A stretch of DNA of 64,000 nt, from positions 33,254 to 97,253 of the forward strand of contig JAGRLT010000073.1 of the NCBI GenBank assembly GCA_020441665.1. The letters run 5' to 3'. Numbering within the stretch: the stretch's first letter is position 1; each line of letters starts with the position of its first letter. The notes beneath the pieces were generated by a model that was not told the origin of the DNA, ran no database searches, and saw only the letters and a program-made list of their open reading frames with translations. This document shows positions 36,818 to 45,380 of this stretch, piece after piece. Origin of the DNA: Nitratireductor sp. (GTDB lineage Bacteria; Pseudomonadota; Alphaproteobacteria; Rhizobiales; Rhizobiaceae). The position numbers were made by a program, and so were the translations under genes.

Positions 36818-38463
36818 CCTTCATCACCCTCGAATTCGAGCACCCGGCCGACCTCCTCGCGCGAGGTGATGCCGCGCTCGACCAGCCGGTCGGCATGGCG
36901 GTGCATCGAGACCGCGCCCTCGGCCCGCGCCAGCTGGCGCAATTGCTGCTCGCTGCCGCCCTTGTTGACGCTGGCGGCAAGCTGCGGCGACATGGTGAGG
37001 ATCTCATAGGTCACCGTGCGGCCGGAATAGCCGGCGCCGTGACAGGTCTTGCACGCTTCTCCCTCGCTTGTGCCGCTTCCGCCGCACCTGCCGCATGATT
37101 TGCGCAACAGGCGCTGCGCCACCGAGGCGCGCAGCGTCGCCGAGATCAGATAGGGATCGATCCCCATATCCTGCAGCCGGGTCAGCGCGCCGGCCGCCGT
37201 ATTCGTATGCAGCGTCGAGAGCACCAGATGGCCCGTCAGGGCGGCCTGGATGGCGATCTGCGCGCTTTCCCGGTCGCGGATCTCGCCGACCAGGATGACA
37301 TCGGGATCCTGGCGCAGCACCGAGCGCAGCGCGCGGGCGAAATCGAGATCGATGGCCGGATCGACCTGCAACTGGGTAACCCCGTCGAGCCGGTATTCGA
37401 TCGGGTCCTCGACGGTGAAGATCTTGATGTCCTCGCCCTGGCGCTCCTTCAGCAGCGAATAGAGCGTCGTCGTCTTGCCGCTGCCGGTCGGCCCGCAGAT
37501 GAGCACGATGCCATTGGGTATCTTCACCAGATGGCGCAGCGCATCGATGGCGTCTTCCGCATAGCCCAGCGCATCGAGCGACAGCGCCACGCCGGAGCGG
37601 TCTAGAATACGCAGGACGAAGGTCTCGCCATGAGCGCTCGGCATCACCGAAACGCGCAGGTCGATGTTCTGGCCGCGCACCGCGATGCGCATCCGTCCGT
37701 CCTGGGGCAGCCTGCGTTCGGCGATGTTGAGCCGCGACATGATCTTGATGCGGGTCGAGATGCCGGCATGCATTTCCCGCGTCGCCCGCTCGATCTCGCG
37801 CATCATGCCGTCGATGCGGAAACGGATGCGCACGTGATCGGCCATCGGCTCGACATGGATGTCGGTCGCCCCGTCATCGACCGCCTGCTGGATGATGCGC
37901 GAGACGAAGCGGACCACCGGCGCCTCGCGCGCATAATCGCGCAACCGATCGAGATCGTCGCTGTCGGCAAGGCCGAATTCGTCACCGGCATCAAGCGTCT
38001 CGGCCGGCTTCTCCCGCTCGCGCAGGCCCTTGAGATAGTCGGTGATGGCGCTGCGCGGAAAAATTCGCGGCGACACCGGCAGGTCGAAATGAAAGCCCAG
38101 CGCCGTCATCGCACCGTGCTCGAAGGGATCGGCGACGGCGGCGACCAGCAAGCCGTCGCGGCGTTCGAGCGGCACGAGGTGATTGGCTTCCAGAAATTCG
38201 AGACTGGCGGGATCGAGGATGCTGGCATCGGGTTCGTCCGGCAGGTCCGCAAGATAGGGCACGCCGAGATAGGCGCTCAGATGCCGCGCCAGTTCCGCCT
38301 CCTTGACGAGGCCGAGTTCCACCAGAACCGTATCCGCCGGATAGGCCATGGTGGCATGGGCATTGACCGCGCGCGCGCGCGCCTCCGCCGCCAGCACGCC
38401 CTCGTTCTCGAGATAGGCGAGAAATCCCCGGAAGGAGAGATCGGGTCTTGCCAGTTCATTCAT
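36814..38463 (-). CDS. gspE: T2SS ATPase GspE, 549 aa
   Basis: Walker A GPTGSGKTT, Asp box, Walker B ILVGEIRD, His box, and a tetracysteine motif CGRCGG...CKTCHG. T2SSE_N-like N-terminal domain. Start MNELARP at 38463. Confidence 0.92.
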   Translation of the reverse strand: MNELARPDLSFRGFLAYLENEGVLAAEARARAVNAHATMAYPADTVLVELGLVKEAELARHLSAYLGVPYLADLPDEPDASILDPASLEFLEANHLVPLERRDGLLVAAVADPFEHGAMTALGFHFDLPVSPRIFPRSAITDYLKGLREREKPAETLDAGDEFGLADSDDLDRLRDYAREAPVVRFVSRIIQQAVDDGATDIHVEPMADHVRIRFRIDGMMREIERATREMHAGISTRIKIMSRLNIAERRLPQDGRMRIAVRGQNIDLRVSVMPSAHGETFVLRILDRSGVALSLDALGYAEDAIDALRHLVKIPNGIVLICGPTGSGKTTTLYSLLKERQGEDIKIFTVEDPIEYRLDGVTQLQVDPAIDLDFARALRSVLRQDPDVILVGEIRDRESAQIAIQAALTGHLVLSTLHTNTAAGALTRLQDMGIDPYLISATLRASVAQRLLRKSCGRCGGSGTSEGEACKTCHGAGYSGRTVTYEILTMSPQLAASVNKGGSEQQLRQLARAEGAVSMHRHADRLVERGITSREEVGRVLEFEGDEG

Positions 38464-38528
38464 CGCAGCATCTCTTCCGCTCGCCCCTCGCCGCCCACGC
38501 ATCGCCCACGCTGTCCCGGGCGGCCATG

Positions 38529-39470
38529 TTACCGGTTCGCCAGCCAATTGGCCACGCCCGGCCCGACGATTGCCGCGCATTCATCCGTCGCGACAAAAGG
38601 CTCGGACAAGGCGCGGGGCGCATTGACGAGAAGCACGGAATCACTGGCCGGCTCCATCAGTTTGAAACCGGCTTCGGCCTCGGGAAATTCGAAATAGCCG
38701 CCCCAGTATCCGCGGACGCCCAGATCGGGATCGACCACTTCGACCGACACCATCGCATAGACGAGCGGCAGCGGCGCCGCGCTCACATAGGGATGCCGGC
38801 TGGTGGGATTGTCGGGCAGCACCCGCCGCAGCGCCGGCGAATAGGCATCGGGATCGATCACCGCGCTGCGGTTGTAGACGGTCATCACCCGGCGCAGGGT
38901 GCCCGGCGCCATGCCCGCCATTCCCTCGAATTCGTAGAGTTCCTCGATCGCGTCGAACGGAAAATGCTTCAAACCGGCCGGGACGAGCCGGTTGGCCCCG
39001 CCACCTCCGCCGCCTTGGGGCGAGCGGTAGGCGACCGCCGCATCGGCGAGGTTCGCCGCATCGCCGGCGGAAAAGCCGAGCGCCAGGAATCCCGCTTCCA
39101 GGAGACCGCGCGGCGAGGTGTTGAGATCGGCGAGACCGGCCTGATCCTGCGCCACGATGGTCAGATCGTGCGGCCCGCACCGGACCCGCATCGGCTCGGA
39201 ATCGAGCTTCAGCTCGGCGATGGCGACCGTATCGCGACCGGCGATCTGGCGCGCGATGGCCTGGGCGACGCCGCGCGCCAGCATCTGCTGGCGGACGATG
39301 AGATATTGCCGCGAGGAGAGCAGGAAATCCGTCCGTGCCGCCAGCACGAAGGGCGTGATCACCGCGCTGACGATCAGCAGGAAGAGCAGCACCGCGACCA
39401 GCGCGAAGCCCGCCACGCCCTCACCGCGGCCGGCGCTGTCCGAGGCGGGGTTTCCGGCCACCTCATTCAC
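38529..39470 (-). CDS. gspK: T2SS minor pseudopilin GspK-like, about 313 aa
   Basis: N-terminal GVAG|FALVAVLLFLLIVSAV lacks Glu+5, as is typical for GspK. Size is about 310-330 aa. I chose the GTG at 39470, which overlaps the upstream stop by 8 nt. The ATG at 39512 is an alternative. Confidence 0.6.
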   Translation of the reverse strand: MNEVAGNPASDSAGRGEGVAGFALVAVLLFLLIVSAVITPFVLAARTDFLLSSRQYLIVRQQMLARGVAQAIARQIAGRDTVAIAELKLDSEPMRVRCGPHDLTIVAQDQAGLADLNTSPRGLLEAGFLALGFSAGDAANLADAAVAYRSPQGGGGGGANRLVPAGLKHFPFDAIEELYEFEGMAGMAPGTLRRVMTVYNRSAVIDPDAYSPALRRVLPDNPTSRHPYVSAAPLPLVYAMVSVEVVDPDLGVRGYWGGYFEFPEAEAGFKLMEPASDSVLLVNAPRALSEPFVATDECAAIVGPGVANWLANR

Positions 39471-39966
39471 CGGCCTGTTTTTCCGGATAGAGGTCAAAGC
39501 CGAAAACCGCATCGCCCTGGCGGACGCTCACATTGCTGTCGCCGATCTCGACGACCTCGAACCGGGCAAGCCTGCCGCCCACCGGCAGCCACTCGGCCGC
39601 CGCACCGCCACGCTGCATCATCAGTGCCTTGCGCACGCCCTGCGTCTCGCTGATCCCGAGAATGACGAAATCGGGCTTCTTCACCGCTGCTGCTTTGGCT
39701 GCCGGCTTGGGCTTTGCCGGCTCCTGCTTCTTCTTGACGAACGGTCGGCGCTTGTCGTTGAAAAGCGGCCGCGAAAAGGTCTGCACCTGGCGCAGTTCCC
39801 CATTGGCGCCCGGCGCGGGCACATCCTGCGAACTGCCGGCGGCGGCAAGATCGTCGGGAAGCCCGCTCGTCACCGGCAGGGGATCGGTCTCGATCGGCAC
39901 TTCGTAGCGCACGAAATTGAGGTAGCCGAGCGCCGCCAGGGCGAGGATCAGCGCCAGCACCCTCAT
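39463..39966 (-). CDS. GspC/PilP-like protein: TM anchor, Pro/Lys-rich linker and C-terminal HR-type beta domain, 167 aa, with no PDZ
   Basis: MRVLALILALAALGYLNF anchor, KKKQEPAKPKPAAKAAAVKKP linker, and C-terminus FVILGISETQGVRKALMMQRGG...FEVVEIGDSNVSVRQGD, which resembles secretin-interacting HR domains. Confidence 0.5.
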   Translation of the reverse strand: MRVLALILALAALGYLNFVRYEVPIETDPLPVTSGLPDDLAAAGSSQDVPAPGANGELRQVQTFSRPLFNDKRRPFVKKKQEPAKPKPAAKAAAVKKPDFVILGISETQGVRKALMMQRGGAAAEWLPVGGRLARFEVVEIGDSNVSVRQGDAVFGFDLYPEKQAGE

Positions 39967-40562
39967 TGCCCGCCGCCCTCCGCGCCGTCCGGCGCCAGCG
40001 CGCCATAGATTTCGAGCCGCACGAACAACTGGGTCTCGCGCTGCTCCTCGCCGCCCGGTTCCTGCGCGCCGCGAAAGCTCGCATTGCGCACCAGCAGGAA
40101 GGGCGTCGTGGTCTCGAATTCGTAGATCAGCGAGAAGATAGCCCGGTTGTTGCCCTGCACGTCGACGCCGACCCCGGCATAGCGGATGCCGGCGCGTTCA
40201 TCGATCGGCAGGTTGGCCACCGACTGGATCGTGACGCCGTTGCGGGCCGCGATATCGCTGACCCGCCCCTGCAGTTCGGCCAGAATGACCGCCTCGCTCT
40301 GGCCGGTCAGGAACAATCCGTCGCTATCCGAGCGCGCATCGATCTCGGCCGCATTGCGCAAGGCCGGCTCCATCTCGCCGATCGCGATCAACTGGCCGAG
40401 CCGCTCGCGCTTGCCGACGATCGCCTCGATGCTCTCCGCATGCTGGCGCAGGCCGAGCAGAACGGCCATCGCGAGCAGATAGAGCGCCAGCAGCGGCAGC
40501 GCCAGCGCCACCAGCCGCTGCATCCATGGCGGGGCGTTCATGATCCGCGTCAGGCTAGCCAT
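39963..40562 (-). CDS. gspM: T2SS GspM-like (PilO-like) bitopic protein, 199 aa
   Basis: A single TM helix (LVALALPLLALYLLAMAVLLGL) followed by a periplasmic ferredoxin-like region. It sits right after the gspL-like gene. Confidence 0.6.
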   Translation of the reverse strand: MASLTRIMNAPPWMQRLVALALPLLALYLLAMAVLLGLRQHAESIEAIVGKRERLGQLIAIGEMEPALRNAAEIDARSDSDGLFLTGQSEAVILAELQGRVSDIAARNGVTIQSVANLPIDERAGIRYAGVGVDVQGNNRAIFSLIYEFETTTPFLLVRNASFRGAQEPGGEEQRETQLFVRLEIYGALAPDGAEGGGQ

Positions 40563-41601
40563 CGCGCCGCTCCAGGGTCATCGCGATGGTGAACCGCTCG
40601 CCGATGTCGCCGGAAACCCGCAATACCGGATTGCGAAAGGTCGGCGCGCGGAAATAATCCGACTGTTCGAGCAGCGGTATGAGCGTCGCCGCCGCGCTGG
40701 AGAAGCCGGCAATGCGCACCGTATCGCCGCGAATATCGACCTCGGTCAGCCAGGCATTGTCCGGCAGGATGCGCGCCAGTTCCTCGATGATGACGACGAC
40801 CGGCACGGAGCCGGATTTCTCCTGCCGTATGGTCACCAGCCGGTTCATGATCTCGCGCCGCGAGGCGATCAGCTTCCTGACCGTGGCCGCTTCCTTGCCG
40901 GCATCCGCCAGCGCCACATCGAGCGCCTGATTGGCCTGCGAATGGCGGTAGCGCACATGGCCGATCGTGCCGGCAAGGGCGAGCACCAGCAGCAGCATCA
41001 GCGCGGCGCTGATCCGCCTCCCCAAACGCACCCCGCGCCCGCCCGGCAGGCTCTGCGAAAGCGCGCGCCCGGCTGCTTCCTCATCTGGACCGTCCGCCGC
41101 TTCGAACCCGATCGCGGCGATGTCGATGCCGAGCCGGTCGAGCAACTGGGCCACCGGCAGCAGTACCGGATTCTTGACGATCGCATAGCTGCTGCCCCGA
41201 TCCCGCGGGCGCAGCGGCAGCAGGACATGATCTTCCGGCTTGAGCGGCGTCGAGGCGATCAGGTCGAGCAGCGCCATGGCGCGCAGCCGGCTTTCCGGCA
41301 AGGCGAGCGGCGACAGGCTGCGCTTGAGATAGCGGCCGCGCGGCAAGTGGATCGCCACGCGCCGCTCGGCGCGCCGGATGCCCTTCATCGCCTGGGCAAG
41401 CCCGGTGCGCAGGTCTTCGATATCGGCAAATTCGCCGATCAGACCATCGCGCGAACGCGTCAACCGATAGCCCGTGGGCAGGATCTCGATTATCGCGGCA
41501 GCCCGGCCCGCCGCCGAACGACGCCCGGCGCCCGGCGCCATGCCGCGCAGGACGGAAGTCCACCAATCGTAAGCGTCGGGAAAAGTGCCGCCCAATTCCA
41601 T
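40555..41601 (-). CDS. gspL: T2SS GspL-like (PilM/PilN-like) protein, 348 aa
   Basis: Cytoplasmic domain, TM helix (ISAALMLLLVLALAGTIG) and a PilN-like periplasmic domain. It is the first gene of the minus-strand gsp operon. Start MELGGTF at 41601. Confidence 0.6.
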   Translation of the reverse strand: MELGGTFPDAYDWWTSVLRGMAPGAGRRSAAGRAAAIIEILPTGYRLTRSRDGLIGEFADIEDLRTGLAQAMKGIRRAERRVAIHLPRGRYLKRSLSPLALPESRLRAMALLDLIASTPLKPEDHVLLPLRPRDRGSSYAIVKNPVLLPVAQLLDRLGIDIAAIGFEAADGPDEEAAGRALSQSLPGGRGVRLGRRISAALMLLLVLALAGTIGHVRYRHSQANQALDVALADAGKEAATVRKLIASRREIMNRLVTIRQEKSGSVPVVVIIEELARILPDNAWLTEVDIRGDTVRIAGFSSAAATLIPLLEQSDYFRAPTFRNPVLRVSGDIGERFTIAMTLERRDG

Positions 41602-42009
41602 CCATTCTTTCCAGCAGCCGGCTGCCACACGCCACAGGCCCGGCCGGCGGCCACTATATGGGAGCGCCCCATGGCCGCAAAACCCTTTCTCGATTTTTCC
41701 GCCGATGCCTTGTGGAATCCCGCTGGAAGCGGGCCCGCAAACCCCTTCCGGCCGACGTGAAATTCCATGTGCATACCGCGCAACTTGCCGGTCGATCGCA
41801 TTGTATCGACGCCCCATGCCAACTATCATGAACAGCAGATCAGGACCCTGTGGGACGCAAGTCGGCCGGGTGGATTGACGGGAAAATCTGCACGTGGGTG
41901 TACTTAGTCCGAAACCGGCCTGCAGGGCGCAGCCGCCACGGAGCGGTGCGCCGCGCTGACGAAACTGCCCGGAAAGTCCTGATTTCGGGCGCTTTGGGGC
42001 GAGGACGAA

Positions 42010-42044
42010 GCAAGGTCGGGGCAAGGTCGGGAGACGAGGTCGGG
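42010..42044 (+). promoter_or_regulatory. Direct repeats gcaaggtcggg x2 (11-bp period) plus a third gaggtcggg, upstream of gspD
   Basis: Read directly at 42010-42020, 42021-42031 and 42036-42044. They lie 28-62 nt before the gspD ATG. Confidence 0.4.
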
Positions 42045-42071
42045 TGCGATTGTGTTGATGCGGCAGGCAGC

Positions 42072-44147
42072 ATGAAATATCTGCTGGTACTCATCGCGGC
42101 GGTATTGCTTCTCCAGGGCTGTCAGGGAGGAGGCCAGAGTCGTTTCGATTCGCTGCTGGAGGGCGTCGACGCCAGCGGCAAGCCGCTGCCGGGCAAGAAT
42201 CGCGGCAATTCGCGCACGCTTTTCGGTTCCGGCAACAGCCAGCCCGCCACCGACGTCGTCAGCGAGGGAAGCGGCACCTTCGTTTCCTCGCGCGCGCCCG
42301 CGATCGCCACCGAAACCCGCGCCAACGGCCAGGCCGGCTACCGGCTCAACCTTGCCGATGCGCCAATCGCCGCCGCCGCGAAGAACGTGCTCGGCGACAC
42401 GCTCGGCCTGACCTATTCCATCGACAGCAATGTGCGCGGCAACATCACCCTCCAGACCAGCGGCGCGGTCAACCGCGAAACCCTGATCGAGGTGTTCGAG
42501 ACCGCGCTTGCCGCCAATGGCGCCAGCCTGGTGCGCAGCGGCGCCGGCTATCAGATCGTGCCGATCGGCAGCGCGCTCGCCTCGACGCCCAGCATCAGCG
42601 TGCCGTCGGTGTCGTCCAACTCGCCGGGCCTCAAGATCCAGGTCATCGAGCTCAACTACATTTCCGCCGCCGAGATGCAGAACATCCTCTCGCCGATCAG
42701 CCGTGAGGGCTCGATCCTGCGCGCCGACGATGCCCGCAACTACATCATGATCGCCGGCACCAATTCCGACCTCGCCGCCATGCGCGAGGCGATCTCGGTC
42801 TTCGATGTCGACTGGATGCGCGGCATGTCGGTGGCGCTCCACCCGCTCAAGACCTCCCAGCCCGGCGAGGTCGCCAAGGAGCTGGAAACGATCTTCGGCG
42901 TCACCGACGGCCCGGGCGCCAAGGTGATCCGCTTCGTTCCCAACGAGCGGCTGAAATCGGTTCTGGTGATCACCTCCAGGCCGCAATACCTCGCCCGGGC
43001 GGCGCGCTGGATCGACAAGCTCGACCGCATCGCCAATTCCAACGAAGAGCAGCTTTTCGTCTACAACATCCAGAATCGCCCGGCCAAGGAAATGGCCGCC
43101 GTGCTGCAATCGGTCCTGTCCGGCAAGTCCGATGGCGGCGAGAACTCGGTTTCACCGGACCTGAGCGCCGTCGAGGTCAGCGAGGAAGGCGTTTCGGAGC
43201 AGCCGCCCGGCGGCTCGATCGCCACCGCTTCGGGAACCGCCGTCTCCGTCGTCGCCGACGAGGAGAACAACGCGCTGCTGATCTCGACCACGGCGCGCGA
43301 ATACCGCCGCATCGAGCAGATCCTGGTTCAGCTCGACGTGCTGCCGACCCAGGTCTTCCTCGAGGCGGTCATCGCCGAGGTCTCGCTCAACGACGAACTG
43401 AAATTCGGCGTGCGCTGGTTCTTCGAGCATGGCGGCTTCTCGCTGCGCCTGTCCGACCTTGCGAGCGGCTTTACCGGCGCCACCTTCCCCGGCCTCGGCT
43501 GGAGCTTCGCCACCAACGATTTCCAGGTAACCCTCAACGCGCTGTCGAGCGTTACCGACGTCAAGGTGATCTCCTCGCCCAATCTCGTCGCCCTCAACAA
43601 CCAGCAGGCGATCCTGCAGATCGGCGACCAGGTGCCGATCGTCACCCAGACCTCGACCGGCACGACGGCCCCCGGCGCGCCCGTCATCAGCACGGTGGAA
43701 CTGAAGGATACCGGCATCATCCTGACCATGACGCCGCGGGTGAACACCTCCGGCCGCATCCTGCTCGACATCGAGCAGGAGGTCAGCAATGTGGTGCGCA
43801 CCACCACATCCGGCATCGACAGCCCGACCATCCAGCAGCGCAAGGTCGCGACCCGCGTCGTCGTCAATGACGGTGAGGCGATCGCTCTGGGCGGGCTGAT
43901 CCAGGAGCGCGAAACCGCTACCCGTGGCCAGGTTCCCATTCTCGGCGAAGTGCCGGTTTTCGGCAATCTGTTCCGCAACAAGACCAGCCGCACCGAGCGC
44001 ACCGAGCTCATCATCTTCATCCGGCCGCGCATCATCCGCAACGTCGCCGAGGCGCGCGCCGTCACCGACGAATTCCGCCGCAAGCTTGATTTCCACCAAC
44101 CGAGCTTCCAGGAGAAGGCCGCCAAGGAACTCAAGCGCCTGCAATAG
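42072..44147 (+). CDS. gspD: T2SS secretin GspD with a lipoprotein-type signal peptide, 691 aa
   Basis: MKYLLVLIAAVLLLQGC lipobox-like signal, N-domains, and a secretin C-domain (VISSPNLVALNNQQAILQIGDQVP...VPILGEVPVFGNLFR...ELIIFIRPRII). Confidence 0.9.
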   Translation: MKYLLVLIAAVLLLQGCQGGGQSRFDSLLEGVDASGKPLPGKNRGNSRTLFGSGNSQPATDVVSEGSGTFVSSRAPAIATETRANGQAGYRLNLADAPIAAAAKNVLGDTLGLTYSIDSNVRGNITLQTSGAVNRETLIEVFETALAANGASLVRSGAGYQIVPIGSALASTPSISVPSVSSNSPGLKIQVIELNYISAAEMQNILSPISREGSILRADDARNYIMIAGTNSDLAAMREAISVFDVDWMRGMSVALHPLKTSQPGEVAKELETIFGVTDGPGAKVIRFVPNERLKSVLVITSRPQYLARAARWIDKLDRIANSNEEQLFVYNIQNRPAKEMAAVLQSVLSGKSDGGENSVSPDLSAVEVSEEGVSEQPPGGSIATASGTAVSVVADEENNALLISTTAREYRRIEQILVQLDVLPTQVFLEAVIAEVSLNDELKFGVRWFFEHGGFSLRLSDLASGFTGATFPGLGWSFATNDFQVTLNALSSVTDVKVISSPNLVALNNQQAILQIGDQVPIVTQTSTGTTAPGAPVISTVELKDTGIILTMTPRVNTSGRILLDIEQEVSNVVRTTTSGIDSPTIQQRKVATRVVVNDGEAIALGGLIQERETATRGQVPILGEVPVFGNLFRNKTSRTERTELIIFIRPRIIRNVAEARAVTDEFRRKLDFHQPSFQEKAAKELKRLQ

Positions 44148-44282
44148 GCGCGATCCGGCAGCCCGGACCGGATGGGCCGGACGCGGCAAAACGGGACGAA
44201 ACTCGGCAAATGCGACAAACGCGACAAACGGGGCGGTTACAACGATTTGAGCGATTGGATAGTCTCCCTGCCGCCATGGGCC

Positions 44283-44786
44283 ATGGCATCATGGGCCGTT
44301 GCGCTGCCCTTCTTCGGGCTCCTGCTGGGCCTCGTCGCCGCGATCGCGCTGATCGACCTGCGCGAGCTCAGGATCCCCGACGCCCTCAATGCGGCCCTTC
44401 TTGCCGGCGGTCTCGCCCAGGCGGCCGTAACCGATCTGCTGGCGCAACCCGCCGGCCACGCCGGTCTCCGGCAGGCCCTTGCTTCCGCCGCCATCCTGTT
44501 CGCGGTGCTGCTCGCGGTCCGCGCGCTCTATCACCGGCTGCGCGGCAGGACCGGCCTCGGGCTTGGCGACGTCAAGATGGGTGGCGCGGCGGCTTCCTGG
44601 ATAAGTCCGTGGAACCTCAATCTGATGGTGCTTATCGCTTGCCTTTCCTGTCTGCTTTATGTTTGGTTCGCCAGACGGAAATCACCGCTTCGCCCGCCCC
44701 GGCAGGCGCAGGGCGGCGGCAGAATTCCCTTCGGCCCGTTTCTCGGCCTCGGCGTGGTGGCGATCTGGCTGGCGGAACGGCTTTGA
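44283..44786 (+). CDS. gspO: Short A24-family prepilin peptidase (CpaA/TadV-like size), 167-204 aa
   Basis: Two catalytic-Asp regions, ALIDLRELRIPD and GLGDVKMGGA. The start is ambiguous (44172, 44247 or 44283). Even the longest ORF lacks a PilD-type N-terminal Cys-rich/methyltransferase region. Confidence 0.8.
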   Translation: MASWAVALPFFGLLLGLVAAIALIDLRELRIPDALNAALLAGGLAQAAVTDLLAQPAGHAGLRQALASAAILFAVLLAVRALYHRLRGRTGLGLGDVKMGGAAASWISPWNLNLMVLIACLSCLLYVWFARRKSPLRPPRQAQGGGRIPFGPFLGLGVVAIWLAERL

Positions 44787-44796
44787 GATTTGCAAG

Positions 44797-45255
44797 ATGG
44801 CGGCAATGACGACGACACGGCATACCAGGGCGCGCAACCGGAAGCGCCGCGATGCGGGCGAAGCCGGCTTCACCATGGTGGAACTGCTGGTCGTGCTCGC
44901 CATCATCGTGCTGGTCGCCAGCCTCGCCGCACCCCAGGTGCTGCGCTATCTCGGCAGCGCCCGCAGCGACGCGGCCATCGCCCAGATCAAGAACATCGAG
45001 GGCGCGCTCGACCTCTTCTTCATCGACAATCTGCGCTATCCGACCAGCGAAGAGGGGCTGAAGGCCCTGTCCGAGCCGAGCCCCGAACTGCAGGATCGCT
45101 GGAACGGGCCCTATCTGAAGAAGGCCGATGAGATCGTCGACCCCTGGGGTCGGCCCTATCGCTACTCGGCCGACAGCGACACGGTTCAGATTTCCAGCCT
45201 CGGCCGCGACGGCAAGGAGGGCGGCACCGGCGAAGACGCCGATATTTCGAACTAG
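44797..45255 (+). CDS. gspG: T2SS major pseudopilin GspG, 152 aa, with a 24-aa leader
   Basis: DAGEAG|FTMVELLVVLAIIVLVASLAAPQ and the GspG core DPWGRPYRYS...SLGRDGKEGGTGEDADI (calcium-binding loop region). Confidence 0.9.
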   Translation: MAAMTTTRHTRARNRKRRDAGEAGFTMVELLVVLAIIVLVASLAAPQVLRYLGSARSDAAIAQIKNIEGALDLFFIDNLRYPTSEEGLKALSEPSPELQDRWNGPYLKKADEIVDPWGRPYRYSADSDTVQISSLGRDGKEGGTGEDADISN

Positions 45256-45380
45256 GTCATGGGCCGGCAAGGCTTCCAGCCTGCCGGCCGCAAAGTGCCG
45301 CCATCCCGCTTGAACGCGCCCCATTGGTGTTGCACAATAAGAATGTGGGCGCTTAATTCCTATCGAAAGATGAAGGATTT

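Noticed and set aside
36814-38463. A c-di-GMP-binding MshEN motif in the GspE N-terminal domain
   Set aside because: Only one partial match to the (L/V)(L/V)xxG(L/V)(L/V)xxxxLxxxL pattern (VLVELGLVKEAELARHLSAYL), without the leading RLG or the trailing Q. That is insufficient to claim binding.
41602-42071. Upstream extensions of the gspL ORF (to 42024) and the gspD ORF (from 41850), plus small ORFs in the divergent intergenic region
   Set aside because: The extensions overlap each other on opposite strands and have no secretion-protein features. GspD begins with a typical signal peptide at 42072, and the GspL-like domain begins at 41601.
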